64,000 nucleotides of DNA from contig JAYTHY010000074.1 in the NCBI GenBank assembly GCA_043732185.1, forward strand, positions 20,851-84,850, written 5' to 3'. A program made the position numbers and the translations under genes. Of the stretch, positions 1 through 9,059 are shown one piece after another (the stretch's first letter is position 1; each line of letters begins with the position of its first letter). The notes under the pieces are model-generated. The model saw nothing but the letters and a program-made list of their open reading frames with translations, was not told the origin of the DNA and ran no database searches. Origin of the DNA: Fibrobacteria bacterium. Lineage in GTDB: Bacteria; Fibrobacterota; Fibrobacteria; UBA11236.

Positions 1-25
1 GCCCCGGTCGAGATTTTATTTCGTA

Positions 26-955
26 TCAACCCAGCATTTTCCTAAACACACCCTCCGGCATAGCATGGGTATCCAAAGCGACCAGGAAATCAATGGTTTT
101 AAAGTGACGATCCAATGCGGGTTCGCCGCATACCAAGGCGCCCAAATTCAAATATCCTTCGAACAGTCTAGGTATCCGCGGGGTACCCGCACTCAAGATT
201 TCGATAGGTTCCGCTACACAAGCGTAATCTGGTTTTGGCCATGCATAAAGGGTGGGATGAATCTGGTCCGCTTTCATTAGTTTTTCGTAAAGTGCAAGAC
301 CTTCAGACGGATCCTGGCTGGTCAGGGAACAACAGCCGAAAAGATGTCTTTTGCCATTCCAATCCATATACCGCGCTAAACCTCTCCAAAGCAATTGCAA
401 AACCCTTCCATTCCGGTGTTCACGACCAATGCAAGCGCGACCTACTTCAACGCAAACGTCCAAAAACGAATTCGGAAATTCTTCAAGGTAGAACTCTTGT
501 TGGGAATAAAAACCCCGGTGCAATAAAGCCATGGCACCAGTTTGGATACGGTATGTTCCCACAACCGATCCACTGGAGCGGTGTATGACCATAAGGTGAT
601 GGCATTGCGAGTCGAACTCGTCTATGTCGCGACTGGTATCGAATGAAGAATCCAAACCTTCTCCCAACTCCAGGTTATAAACTTCAAAGCGAAGCCTACA
701 AACCGCGTCCAGGTCTTCACCACTCTTCGCGAAACGAAGGATATACTCCCCGGATTCCAGCGTGGTTGGTGGTATACCGCCGTGGTTCGAAGGATATTCA
801 CGGATAGGTAAAAGGGTTTCTTCTGGTTTTCTAACGAATCTGGATTGATTTGAGCGGTTAAAAACCGAATTTTCATAAACGGATTTTCCGATGACATTTG
901 CGTTTATATTCTGCATGCCAAACCTCTTTCTGGATACATGGCGTTCTGCCGGCAA
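26..955 (-). CDS. GNAT-superfamily N-acyltransferase, OlsB/hemolysin-like (Acetyltransf_5 family)
   Basis: 309-aa ORF. Motif series YILRFA..LRFEVYNLELGEG..DEFD..HHLMV..VGTYRI..GRACIGREHR..LLW..GCCSL matches the lyso-ornithine-lipid N-acyltransferase-like GNAT family as I remember it. The true start is probably Met14 (about 916), because the preceding residues look non-coding. Confidence 0.55.
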   Translation of the reverse strand: MPAERHVSRKRFGMQNINANVIGKSVYENSVFNRSNQSRFVRKPEETLLPIREYPSNHGGIPPTTLESGEYILRFAKSGEDLDAVCRLRFEVYNLELGEGLDSSFDTSRDIDEFDSQCHHLMVIHRSSGSVVGTYRIQTGAMALLHRGFYSQQEFYLEEFPNSFLDVCVEVGRACIGREHRNGRVLQLLWRGLARYMDWNGKRHLFGCCSLTSQDPSEGLALYEKLMKADQIHPTLYAWPKPDYACVAEPIEILSAGTPRIPRLFEGYLNLGALVCGEPALDRHFKTIDFLVALDTHAMPEGVFRKMLG

Positions 956-1005
956 TCAATTTGTCGACATCAATAATCTTAAGCCACGATTATTTCGAAC
1001 CTATT

Positions 1006-2220
1006 TCAGTCCTTAATCAATTCTCTTCCATTAACATGATAATATCCGGAAGGAAGCCGAATTGTCATTTCTCCATTTTTCAAATCAATGCTTTTCCCTA
1101 ATCGAATTGAGGGCTTGTCGCCGGAGCTTGCAGAATTTTTTTTAATTCCTACTGCTCCAGCCCCGGCAACCTCAACTGAGTCGCGCAAAGTAGTGGGGGC
1201 CGTGGCAGCATCCAAAAAATATTTAGCATTTCCGTTATCTATATCATGTCCCTTACTCAATACATCAACTTTTCCGTTCGTATAAATATTTATTAAGGTG
1301 TATCCATGGTAGGCTGGTTTGGGACTAAGATTTGCGACCCAAGTGGATTCAACCTGACTACCGCCATTTCCGGCAATGATTTGCCAAGTTTTATTTGCAT
1401 GAGGCTGAATTTTATCCCAGACATGCACGTGAGCAGCAAACATTGCCTCACTCTGGTTGCTTTCTAAAACGCTCCAAAAGGCATCGCGATTTACGGGATA
1501 TTTTGCCAGTCCGTCATTAAGTGTAGCTGTATTAATGCCAGGATAGGCTGGTTTATGTCCGATAAGAAAAATATGGCGGGCCCCATTTAACCTCGCTGTC
1601 GCTAAATCTGAGCCTACCCATAAAGTTGGAACACGCCAATCACGACCTACGGGATCGGTATTCAACATTACAAAATGATCCCCTTTAAAATTGAATGAAT
1701 AAGTCAGTTGACTTTGGTCGGTTTTCAAGGAATCTCCGTGAGTGGAATCAGCGGTCGGTCCATTGTTTCCAAGAATGTATGGCGCCATGATTTTTAGCCA
1801 CGCGCTTTCATTATCCAAGAAAGAAAGCTTCCCAGCTTTTTTGTCTTGTGTTTCATGATTACCAGGAATTACGACTAGCTTGGTAGATTTACTAGCGAGG
1901 GGAGAGGCCTGATATAATTTAACCCACTCTCTTAATTGACGAGACACCTCTACTGTATCCTTAACATATCCTAAAATTAGATCACCTGCGATAAACAAAT
2001 AGGAAGGTACTGGGTTTATATTAGAAACCTCTGAAAAGAGACGGTTTAACGCTGGTACATTTGCTGTGCTTGGATTATTGACTGTATCTACATCATTTAC
2101 GCGATTGCACCCAACAACCACAAAGGAATAGTCCAAGGTTTGACAAAATATTTGAGTGGATAATATTCCCAATGCGATGGATAAAATTAAAAATAAGGTA
2201 AATGACGCGTGCTTCTTCAT
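1006..2220 (-). CDS. secreted calcineurin-like metallophosphoesterase
   Basis: N-terminal signal peptide MKKHASFTLFLILSIALGILS. Metallophosphatase motifs GDLILGY, VVIPGNHE, GHKP and HVHVWD are present. ATG start at 2218-2220 on the minus strand. Confidence 0.8.
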   Translation of the reverse strand: MKKHASFTLFLILSIALGILSTQIFCQTLDYSFVVVGCNRVNDVDTVNNPSTANVPALNRLFSEVSNINPVPSYLFIAGDLILGYVKDTVEVSRQLREWVKLYQASPLASKSTKLVVIPGNHETQDKKAGKLSFLDNESAWLKIMAPYILGNNGPTADSTHGDSLKTDQSQLTYSFNFKGDHFVMLNTDPVGRDWRVPTLWVGSDLATARLNGARHIFLIGHKPAYPGINTATLNDGLAKYPVNRDAFWSVLESNQSEAMFAAHVHVWDKIQPHANKTWQIIAGNGGSQVESTWVANLSPKPAYHGYTLINIYTNGKVDVLSKGHDIDNGNAKYFLDAATAPTTLRDSVEVAGAGAVGIKKNSASSGDKPSIRLGKSIDLKNGEMTIRLPSGYYHVNGRELIKD

Positions 2221-2480
2221 ACAAATCTCCTTTTATTTATGTTCATTCTCTGAGCGAGTAAAATCACCATTCAAAAATTCATTTCGATTTCAGTTGCATT
2301 ACTGAATAAAATCAATCTTTAAACATTTAAACTATTGCGCACCTTTTTCAATTACTCGAATAGGTTCAGCGCTTTCAGGCGCATAAATTCTGGTAATCGA
2401 TATGAAACTTATTTGAAACAAGGCAACAGTAGATTTTCTATCACGAAGCATGCCTCCTCGTGTTTAAAATATCACTGTAA

Positions 2481-2890
2481 AATAAACCAGGAAAAAACGA
2501 TCATGATCAAATCAATAAAACTGCTGGGACTAATAACCATGGCCCATCTTGCGACCACCAGTTTCTGGTTTTAGAACGGGATGGCAAGGGCATGGGAGAT
2601 GGATCCAGTGCCGTGACGAAACAAATCTGGGGTGTGGATTTAACCGGAGCACTTAAAGCCTTTGGAATTCCCGACACCCAAATCCCCGCTAAATTGGAAG
2701 GCATGACCTTTGGAGCCGACGTCATTACTGCCGGAGTCGTTTACCATACCTTGTAAATCGCCAATGACAATGACCTTATTGCCCAGGACATTCAACCCGT
2801 ACCCGAGCCCGGCACCTTGGGTTCAATGATATTCGGTCTATTTACTCTGGGTTTAGTTTTTAGACGCAAACTCACCTTAATCCAACCCAA
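2481..2890 (+). pseudogene. remnant of a small PEP-CTERM protein, disrupted by a frameshift and an in-frame TAA
   Basis: One frame reads ...GMGDGSSAVTKQIWGVDLTGALKAFGIPDTQIPAKLEGMTFGADVITAGVVYHTL then TAA (2754-2756), then IANDNDLIAQDIQPVPEPGTLGSMIFGLFTLGLVFRRKLTLI. The VPEP motif, hydrophobic helix and RRK tail make a textbook PEP-CTERM anchor. The only plausible signal peptide (MIKSIKLLGLITMAHLATTS, 2503-2574) lies in another frame. Confidence 0.55.
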
Positions 2891-3010
2891 TCTGAAATCA
2901 TCTTGAAACATGGGGCGATTAATTTTTCATTAAATTCGAGTTTGGCTTAGGTTGTCTCAGATTGCCCTAGGTTGCTTTAGTTAGCCAAGATCGAATGGCG
3001 GAGATGGAAA

Positions 3011-5158
3011 ATGACGTCAGAAACGGAAGCGACTTGGCCTTTTCACGTTCACTATATTGATCGTGATTTTTCTTGGCTAGCCTTCAATAGGCGGGTGCTT
3101 TCTGAAGCCCGCAACCACGAAAATCCGCTCCTGGAAAGATTGAAGTTTCTTTCCATAGTCGCCAATAACCTGGATGAATTTTTTGAAGTCCGCATTGCTG
3201 GATTATTACAAAAAGTGGAATCGGATGTTTCCACTGATGGTATTGCGCATTTGGATTGTCGAGCCAAACTGAAAGGCTTGCTTCGAATAGTCCATGCGAC
3301 CGTCGCCAACCAGTACCGTTGCTGGAATGATGAGATGATTCCCGATCTCAAGCGAAATGGAATCCATATCCTGTCTCCCGGCGACCTTAGCGACGAGCAA
3401 ACCCAAGAACTGCGCAGTCGTTTCTTATCTGAAATTTATCCACTATTGACCCCCATCAAGGTGGATCCGGCTCATCCCTTTCCTTGGGTTTTGAACAAGG
3501 CTCTCTGCCTAGGCGTTTGGCTAGAAGAATCGGATGGGCGAGGCCGAGGCAGTCTAGGCGTTTTAACCATCCCGCGTTGCTTACCTCGGGTATTGGCCCT
3601 CTCTGAAAAAGCCGGGAGCCATCAATTCATTTTCCTCTATGACCTCATCAAAATGTTCATGCAGGAATTGTTTCGTGGCTATCGGATTCATAGTATTGCC
3701 TGTTTCCGCGTGACTCGTAACAGCAATCTTTACGGTGCGGAGGATTTGGGAAACTTACTTGATACGGTAGAAGCCGTGGTGCATAATCGTCGTAAGGGTA
3801 ATGTGGTCCGTTTGGAAATCGATGAGGACACACCTACCCGAATCCGCACAGCCTTGATGGAAAATTTCGGTTTGGATTCGGATCTGGTTTTCAGCGCGCC
3901 TGGACCCGTCAACCTGAATCGCCTCATGAGCCTTTATCAATTGCTTCCCATTCCCGAGCTTAAGTTTCCCTTGCATATTCCCCGAGGTTTGCATCGAGGC
4001 GTCGAACCCCCGGATCTATTTGCCCGCATTCGGGACCGGGATATTCTGCTTCATCATCCTTTTGATGCCTTTGATCCCGTCACGGATTTTATCCGAAGCG
4101 CGGCTCGGGATCCTGATGTGCTCTGCATCAAACAAACCCTTTATCGGACCAGTGCGGAATCGCCGATCATGTTTGCATTGCTGGAAGCCGCGGAGCTAGG
4201 CAAAGAAGTGACCGCGGTTGTGGAACTTCAGGCCCGCTTTGATGAAAAATCCAATATCCAATGGGCCCGCCAGCTTCAGGACAAAGGCGGCACCGTGGTC
4301 TATGGTTTGGTGGGACTGAAAACCCATTGCAAATTATCCTTGGTTTTACGGCGTGAACAGGGAAGCATGCGCGAATATGCCCATGTGGGAACAGGAAACT
4401 ATCATCCGGAAACGGCCAAGCATTATACTGATTTGAGTTTGTTTACCGCCAATGCCGAATTGACCCATTCCATTTCCAATGTTTTTAATTTCCTCACCTC
4501 CCATTCCAAAACTCCTGATTTTCCAAATCTTTTGGTGGGCCCGGTGAATTTTTTGAAAGAGACACTTAGACTTATTCGAGTTGAAGTTGAGAATGCCAAA
4601 GCCGGAAAACCAGCCGGAATTACAGCCAAGATGAATGCACTAATCGATTCCGAAATCATCGACGCCTTGTACCAAGCCTCGGAAGCAGGTGTGCGAATTC
4701 GACTGGTTGTGCGAGGGATTTGCGCCCTGAAACCACGCATTCCAGACATGAGCGAGAATATCGAAGTAAAAAGTGTGATCGGGCGGTTTTTGGAACATAG
4801 CCGGATCTTCCGTTTTGAAAATGGGGGCAGCCCCAGGATTTATATTGGAAGCGGGGATTGGATGACACGAAACCTTCGGGAGAGAGTTGAGGTCTTGGTG
4901 CCGGTCTTTGATCCCGGCCACCGTACTCGACTGGAAAATATACTGAGTTTGTATTGGGCAGATAATACTCGGTCCCATCACTTACTTTCGAACGGAAACT
5001 ATGCGAAAGTCAAAGTCAAAAGCGAAGAACTCCCCATTGATGCCCAGGCTTTGCTGCTGGTCAATGCGGATTTCCGACTAGATCCCGCCTTCGATCTTTT
5101 TCTAAACAGCCAAGTCAAAATCCCGGAATTGATGTTGGCTAACCCCGAACTTCATTAG
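3011..5158 (+). CDS. ppk: polyphosphate kinase 1 (PPK1), copy A
   Basis: 715 aa. N-terminal HVHYIDRDFSWLAFNRRVL..NPLLERLKFLSIVANNLDEFFEVR is the PPK1 signature, and the rest reads as full-length PPK1 ending at TAG. ATG at 3011 with GGAG upstream. Confidence 0.95.
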   Translation: MTSETEATWPFHVHYIDRDFSWLAFNRRVLSEARNHENPLLERLKFLSIVANNLDEFFEVRIAGLLQKVESDVSTDGIAHLDCRAKLKGLLRIVHATVANQYRCWNDEMIPDLKRNGIHILSPGDLSDEQTQELRSRFLSEIYPLLTPIKVDPAHPFPWVLNKALCLGVWLEESDGRGRGSLGVLTIPRCLPRVLALSEKAGSHQFIFLYDLIKMFMQELFRGYRIHSIACFRVTRNSNLYGAEDLGNLLDTVEAVVHNRRKGNVVRLEIDEDTPTRIRTALMENFGLDSDLVFSAPGPVNLNRLMSLYQLLPIPELKFPLHIPRGLHRGVEPPDLFARIRDRDILLHHPFDAFDPVTDFIRSAARDPDVLCIKQTLYRTSAESPIMFALLEAAELGKEVTAVVELQARFDEKSNIQWARQLQDKGGTVVYGLVGLKTHCKLSLVLRREQGSMREYAHVGTGNYHPETAKHYTDLSLFTANAELTHSISNVFNFLTSHSKTPDFPNLLVGPVNFLKETLRLIRVEVENAKAGKPAGITAKMNALIDSEIIDALYQASEAGVRIRLVVRGICALKPRIPDMSENIEVKSVIGRFLEHSRIFRFENGGSPRIYIGSGDWMTRNLRERVEVLVPVFDPGHRTRLENILSLYWADNTRSHHLLSNGNYAKVKVKSEELPIDAQALLLVNADFRLDPAFDLFLNSQVKIPELMLANPELH

Positions 5159-5187
5159 GAGCGAAATACCCATATAAACCTATATTT

Positions 5188-5697
5188 GTGGGCAATATGG
5201 AACTTCTTCTCATCCGCCATGGACTAGCCGGTAAGAAAAATTCGTCCAAGCACCCAAACGATGACCTGCGGCCTTTGAGTTCGAAGGGACGAAAATTATG
5301 CAAACGGGCCATGATTGGTTTAGCCGGGTTGGGAATCCGCCCCCAGGCCATCCTTACCTCTCCGGCCTTGCGTTGTGTGGAAACGGCGAAGTTAGTCGCT
5401 CGGGAATTTGATCTAAATCCAAAAAAGACCCAGCACCTTCCGGCTCTTCATCATAGCGTGGCCGCTTCAACGGCCCTTGGTAAACTTGCAAAGATGAACC
5501 TACCTAACTCGCTTATTCTTGTAGGCCATGAACCTTGGATTGGAGAAATTATTTCCGTACTGATTTCGGGAAATGCCAAGGCCGGAATTGAGATGAGTAA
5601 AGGGGGCGCCGCCTTACTCAGGCTTGAGAGTTTGAAACCGGGACAGGGTCGACTAGAATGGCTCATGACCCAGGAGCAACTCGCGTCTCTAGCCTGA
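5188..5697 (+). CDS. sixA: phosphohistidine phosphatase, SixA family (histidine phosphatase superfamily)
   Basis: 169 aa. LLLIRHGLA with the RHG catalytic motif, then RPLS.KGR, AILTSPALRCVETAKLV, LILVGHEPW..GE and MSKGGAALL all align with E. coli SixA as I recall it. Confidence 0.8.
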   Translation: MGNMELLLIRHGLAGKKNSSKHPNDDLRPLSSKGRKLCKRAMIGLAGLGIRPQAILTSPALRCVETAKLVAREFDLNPKKTQHLPALHHSVAASTALGKLAKMNLPNSLILVGHEPWIGEIISVLISGNAKAGIEMSKGGAALLRLESLKPGQGRLEWLMTQEQLASLA

Positions 5698-5729
5698 TTA
5701 GCCAGCCGGTTTTTTGTTACAATAGCAAC

Positions 5730-6704
5730 ATGCTCATCCGCATTATCGACATCGGCAGTAACTCCATAAAGTCCACCGTTTACGATGTCCAGAATCAGGA
5801 CCACAAAGCCGTTTCCAAGGACAAACTGGCTTTTTCTATTGGAGAGGAAGTTTTTTCCCAAGGATCCATTTCCGAACACGCTCAGGATAAAATAGGCGCC
5901 TTCGTCCATGGGTTATCCGAATCAGCCGGTGGGGATAAAATTCATTTCACCTTTGTACTGGCTACTTCAGCCGTTCGTTCCGCCAAGAACCGCGATGCCT
6001 TCACGCGAAAATTCCAGCAAAAAACCGGATTCCCGGTGCGCGTTTTGAGCGGTGAAGAAGAGAGTTATATCATTCATATGGGCATTGCCAGCAAGGCGGG
6101 TATTGGCCAGAACGATATCCTGAAAACGATTGATATTGGGGGAGGAAGCGCAGAAATCAGTTGCAGCCGCGGTTACGACTACCTTTTTGGCCATAGCTAT
6201 GACCTAGGCGCCATTCGCCTAAGCCAACGGTTTCTTAAGGGTAAATCATTTTCACGCGAAGCCTTTGACCAAATTCAGGAATTGGCCCAGGAGGAGTTTC
6301 GGACACGTTTTGAAATCAAGTCCATGCCGGCAGCGCAATTGGCCATTGGCAGTTCCGGAAATATCCGCGCTATCGCCAAAATGGTCCAATGCGTGCGGGG
6401 TTTACCTTTTATAAAGCTGCTGCCCGAAATCACAACCGGCAGTCTGGAAGATATCGCGGAAATCAGCCTGGGCAAATCTCACCAGGCCATCCAAAGTCTT
6501 TTTGATATCACTTTTGATCGCGCAAAAATCATCATGCCGGCCGTGGTTGTTCTGGGAACAGCCATGCGACACTTCGGTATTCCCCGATTGGCCGTCAGTG
6601 AAGCTGGTCTGCGAGAGGGCGCGGCTTTCTATTGGAGCCGCCATGGAAATCTCTCCTTGCCCGTAAACGGATCGAGTTCCGAAGCCGGAGAGAAGCGCGG
6701 TTAG
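5730..6704 (+). CDS. ppx: exopolyphosphatase, Ppx/GppA family (short form, N-terminal domains only)
   Basis: MLIRIIDIGSNSIKSTVYD matches the Ppx/GppA N-terminal actin-like fold motif (IDIGSNS), and ..IDIGGGSAEIS matches the second phosphate loop. Start is ATG at 5730; the track ORF begins further upstream in the same frame. Confidence 0.9.
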   Translation: MLIRIIDIGSNSIKSTVYDVQNQDHKAVSKDKLAFSIGEEVFSQGSISEHAQDKIGAFVHGLSESAGGDKIHFTFVLATSAVRSAKNRDAFTRKFQQKTGFPVRVLSGEEESYIIHMGIASKAGIGQNDILKTIDIGGGSAEISCSRGYDYLFGHSYDLGAIRLSQRFLKGKSFSREAFDQIQELAQEEFRTRFEIKSMPAAQLAIGSSGNIRAIAKMVQCVRGLPFIKLLPEITTGSLEDIAEISLGKSHQAIQSLFDITFDRAKIIMPAVVVLGTAMRHFGIPRLAVSEAGLREGAAFYWSRHGNLSLPVNGSSSEAGEKRG

Positions 6705-6717
6705 CGTTTGAATTGAA

Positions 6718-8796
6718 ATGGTAGAAGCGTCCGAATATGTGGGTAAAAACGCATTCATCGACCGCGAATTTTCCTGGCTGAAATTTAATGGCCGCGTCCT
6801 TGAAGAAGCTTTAGACCCGGCCAATCCGTTACTGGAACGGATCAAATTTCTCGCCATCGTTGCCGGTAATCTCGATGAGTTTTTTGAAGTACGGGTATCC
6901 TCTTTACTTCAAAAAGTCGAATCTGGTTTGGCAGTAGATGGTATTGCCAGTCTGGATACGACGGCCAAGCTCGCTTCGGTGCTCAAGCTCTGCCAACAAA
7001 CAGTGAAGCAACAATACCGATGTTGGAACCATGAATTCATACCACGACTCAAGGAAAACGGCGTATTTGTTGCATCCATGGCCGATCTTGGTCAGGATGA
7101 TGAACGGTACCTGCATAATTACTTCAAAAAAGAAATCTACCCTCTTCTAACCCCCATCAAAGTGGATCCAGCGCATCCGTTTCCTTGGGTCATAAATAAA
7201 TCCCTGTGTTTGCTCGTACTCCTAAAAGGGGATCGCAAACAGGATGGTTGGGGCGTGATTACAATTCCCCGGAGCCTTCCACGTTTACTCAGTTTGCCAT
7301 CCAAGGAAAAAACTTTTAGGTGCATTTTTATCCACGACGTCGTGCAGCACTATATCAGTGAACTATTCAAGGGCTATATCATCAAGGGCTGTGCCCCATT
7401 TCGCGTCACTCGAAACAGCAACCTCTATCTCCAGGATGAAGAAGCGGGAAGCCTAATTGATGCTGTCGAAGCCGTGGTACACAATCGACGCAAAGGCGAT
7501 GTTGTCCGACTTGAAATTCATAAATCCGCTTCCAAACGGATCGTGGACGCGCTCATCAAAACCTTCGACATTGATGGCACCGTGGTTTTTCGTATAGACG
7601 GTCCGATTAACCTAAATAACTTAGCCAGTCTGTATACCCTGATTCCGTTGGCAAACCTTAAATATCCACCCTTGCATCCCAGTCATGCAGCCCACTTTAT
7701 GGACTATGAAGACCTTTTCCAGGAGCTCCGCCACCGCGATGTCCTGCTCCACCATCCCTTCGATTCCTATGATCCGGTGGTTCGATTCATCCAAAGCGCT
7801 TCCGAAGATCCCAAGGTCCAGGTCCTTAAGCAAACCTTATATCGCACTAATGAAGAATCGCCCATCATGTACGCCTTACTTGAGGCCGCGGAAAAAGGCA
7901 AGGAAGTGATTGCAGTAGTGGAGCTTAAAGCCCGCTTTGATGAAAAGTCCAATATCAGTTGGGCTCGCCAATTGGAAGAACAAGGGGTAACCGTAGTATT
8001 CGGATTGGTGGGTCTAAAAACGCATTGCAAACTTTCCTTGGCGATTCGTAAGGAAGGTATAGGTTTCGTCCAATACGCGCATATCGGCACTGGCAACTAC
8101 AATCCCGAAACTGCGCGACGGTATACCGATTTAAGTTTGCTCACCAGCGATCCTGAAATTACGGAAGGTGTTTCGGAAATCTTTAATTTCCTGACGGCTC
8201 AATCCCGCAGCCCGGATTTCAAAACCTTGCAAGTCGGCTCGGTTAATTACTTGAGCGAAACCTTACGCCTTATCCGTCGTGAGCGAGACCATGCCGTGGC
8301 AGGAAAGCGGTCTGGCATTACGGCCAAGATGAATGCCTTATTTGACAAAGAGGTGATAGAGGCATTATACGAAGCGTCTCAGGCCGGAGTTGCCATACGC
8401 TTACTGGTAAGAGGTATTTGTGCATTACGACCCGGCGTCCGGGGTTTGAGTGACAATATCCAGGTGAAAAGCATAGTCGGGCGCTTTCTAGAACATAGCC
8501 GCATTTACCATTTCGAAAACGAGGGCGCACCAACCGTATTTATTGGAAGTGGGGATTGGATGGAAAGAAACTTGCGTGAACGCGTGGAAGCTACTATTCC
8601 AATTAAAGATTTGAATTTCATCCGAAAGATTGAAGAAATCCTGAACATCTACTGGGCCGACAATGCCAAAGCCCGGGTTATGCGGGCCGATGGGAGCTAT
8701 GTACGAGCAACTCTACCGCCTCGGGAGGCCGTCATCAATGCCCAGGAATGGTTTGTTCGTCGAACGGAAAATCCTGACCATCCAAAACTCCCCTAA
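6718..8796 (+). CDS. ppk: polyphosphate kinase 1 (PPK1), copy B (paralog)
   Basis: 692 aa. FIDREFSWLKFNGRVLEEALDPANPLLERIKFLAIVAGNLDEFFEVR is collinear with copy A, at roughly 60-65% identity by eye across the conserved blocks. Confidence 0.95.
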   Translation: MVEASEYVGKNAFIDREFSWLKFNGRVLEEALDPANPLLERIKFLAIVAGNLDEFFEVRVSSLLQKVESGLAVDGIASLDTTAKLASVLKLCQQTVKQQYRCWNHEFIPRLKENGVFVASMADLGQDDERYLHNYFKKEIYPLLTPIKVDPAHPFPWVINKSLCLLVLLKGDRKQDGWGVITIPRSLPRLLSLPSKEKTFRCIFIHDVVQHYISELFKGYIIKGCAPFRVTRNSNLYLQDEEAGSLIDAVEAVVHNRRKGDVVRLEIHKSASKRIVDALIKTFDIDGTVVFRIDGPINLNNLASLYTLIPLANLKYPPLHPSHAAHFMDYEDLFQELRHRDVLLHHPFDSYDPVVRFIQSASEDPKVQVLKQTLYRTNEESPIMYALLEAAEKGKEVIAVVELKARFDEKSNISWARQLEEQGVTVVFGLVGLKTHCKLSLAIRKEGIGFVQYAHIGTGNYNPETARRYTDLSLLTSDPEITEGVSEIFNFLTAQSRSPDFKTLQVGSVNYLSETLRLIRRERDHAVAGKRSGITAKMNALFDKEVIEALYEASQAGVAIRLLVRGICALRPGVRGLSDNIQVKSIVGRFLEHSRIYHFENEGAPTVFIGSGDWMERNLRERVEATIPIKDLNFIRKIEEILNIYWADNAKARVMRADGSYVRATLPPREAVINAQEWFVRRTENPDHPKLP

Positions 8797-9059
8797 CCTA
8801 AGAATTTGCTGGTTAGGTTCGGAGCTCTTGGAGCGAACCCAAAAATCACAGCAGTCACGCTGATTTCCCCAACCCGAAAACAGCTAAAAAGCGTAAGTTG
8901 GAAACGGTACTTATTGGCCCGGTATTCTTAGAGGTACTGGATTTTTAGACTTGTTTTGCGCATAACTGGATTTTGAGAGTAAAAGACGACAGAACCTCGA
9001 GGTTTTTGTGGATTGCATTGCCATATCCAGATGTGCAAAAATGGAGCAATGGGGGTTGC

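Noticed and set aside
3052-4981. Several 60-110-aa ORFs antisense to, or out of frame within, ppk copy A (3052..3351, 3206..3406, 3730..3994, 4423..4981)
   Set aside because: Embedded in a high-confidence PPK1 coding region. These are typical antisense or alternative-frame artefacts.
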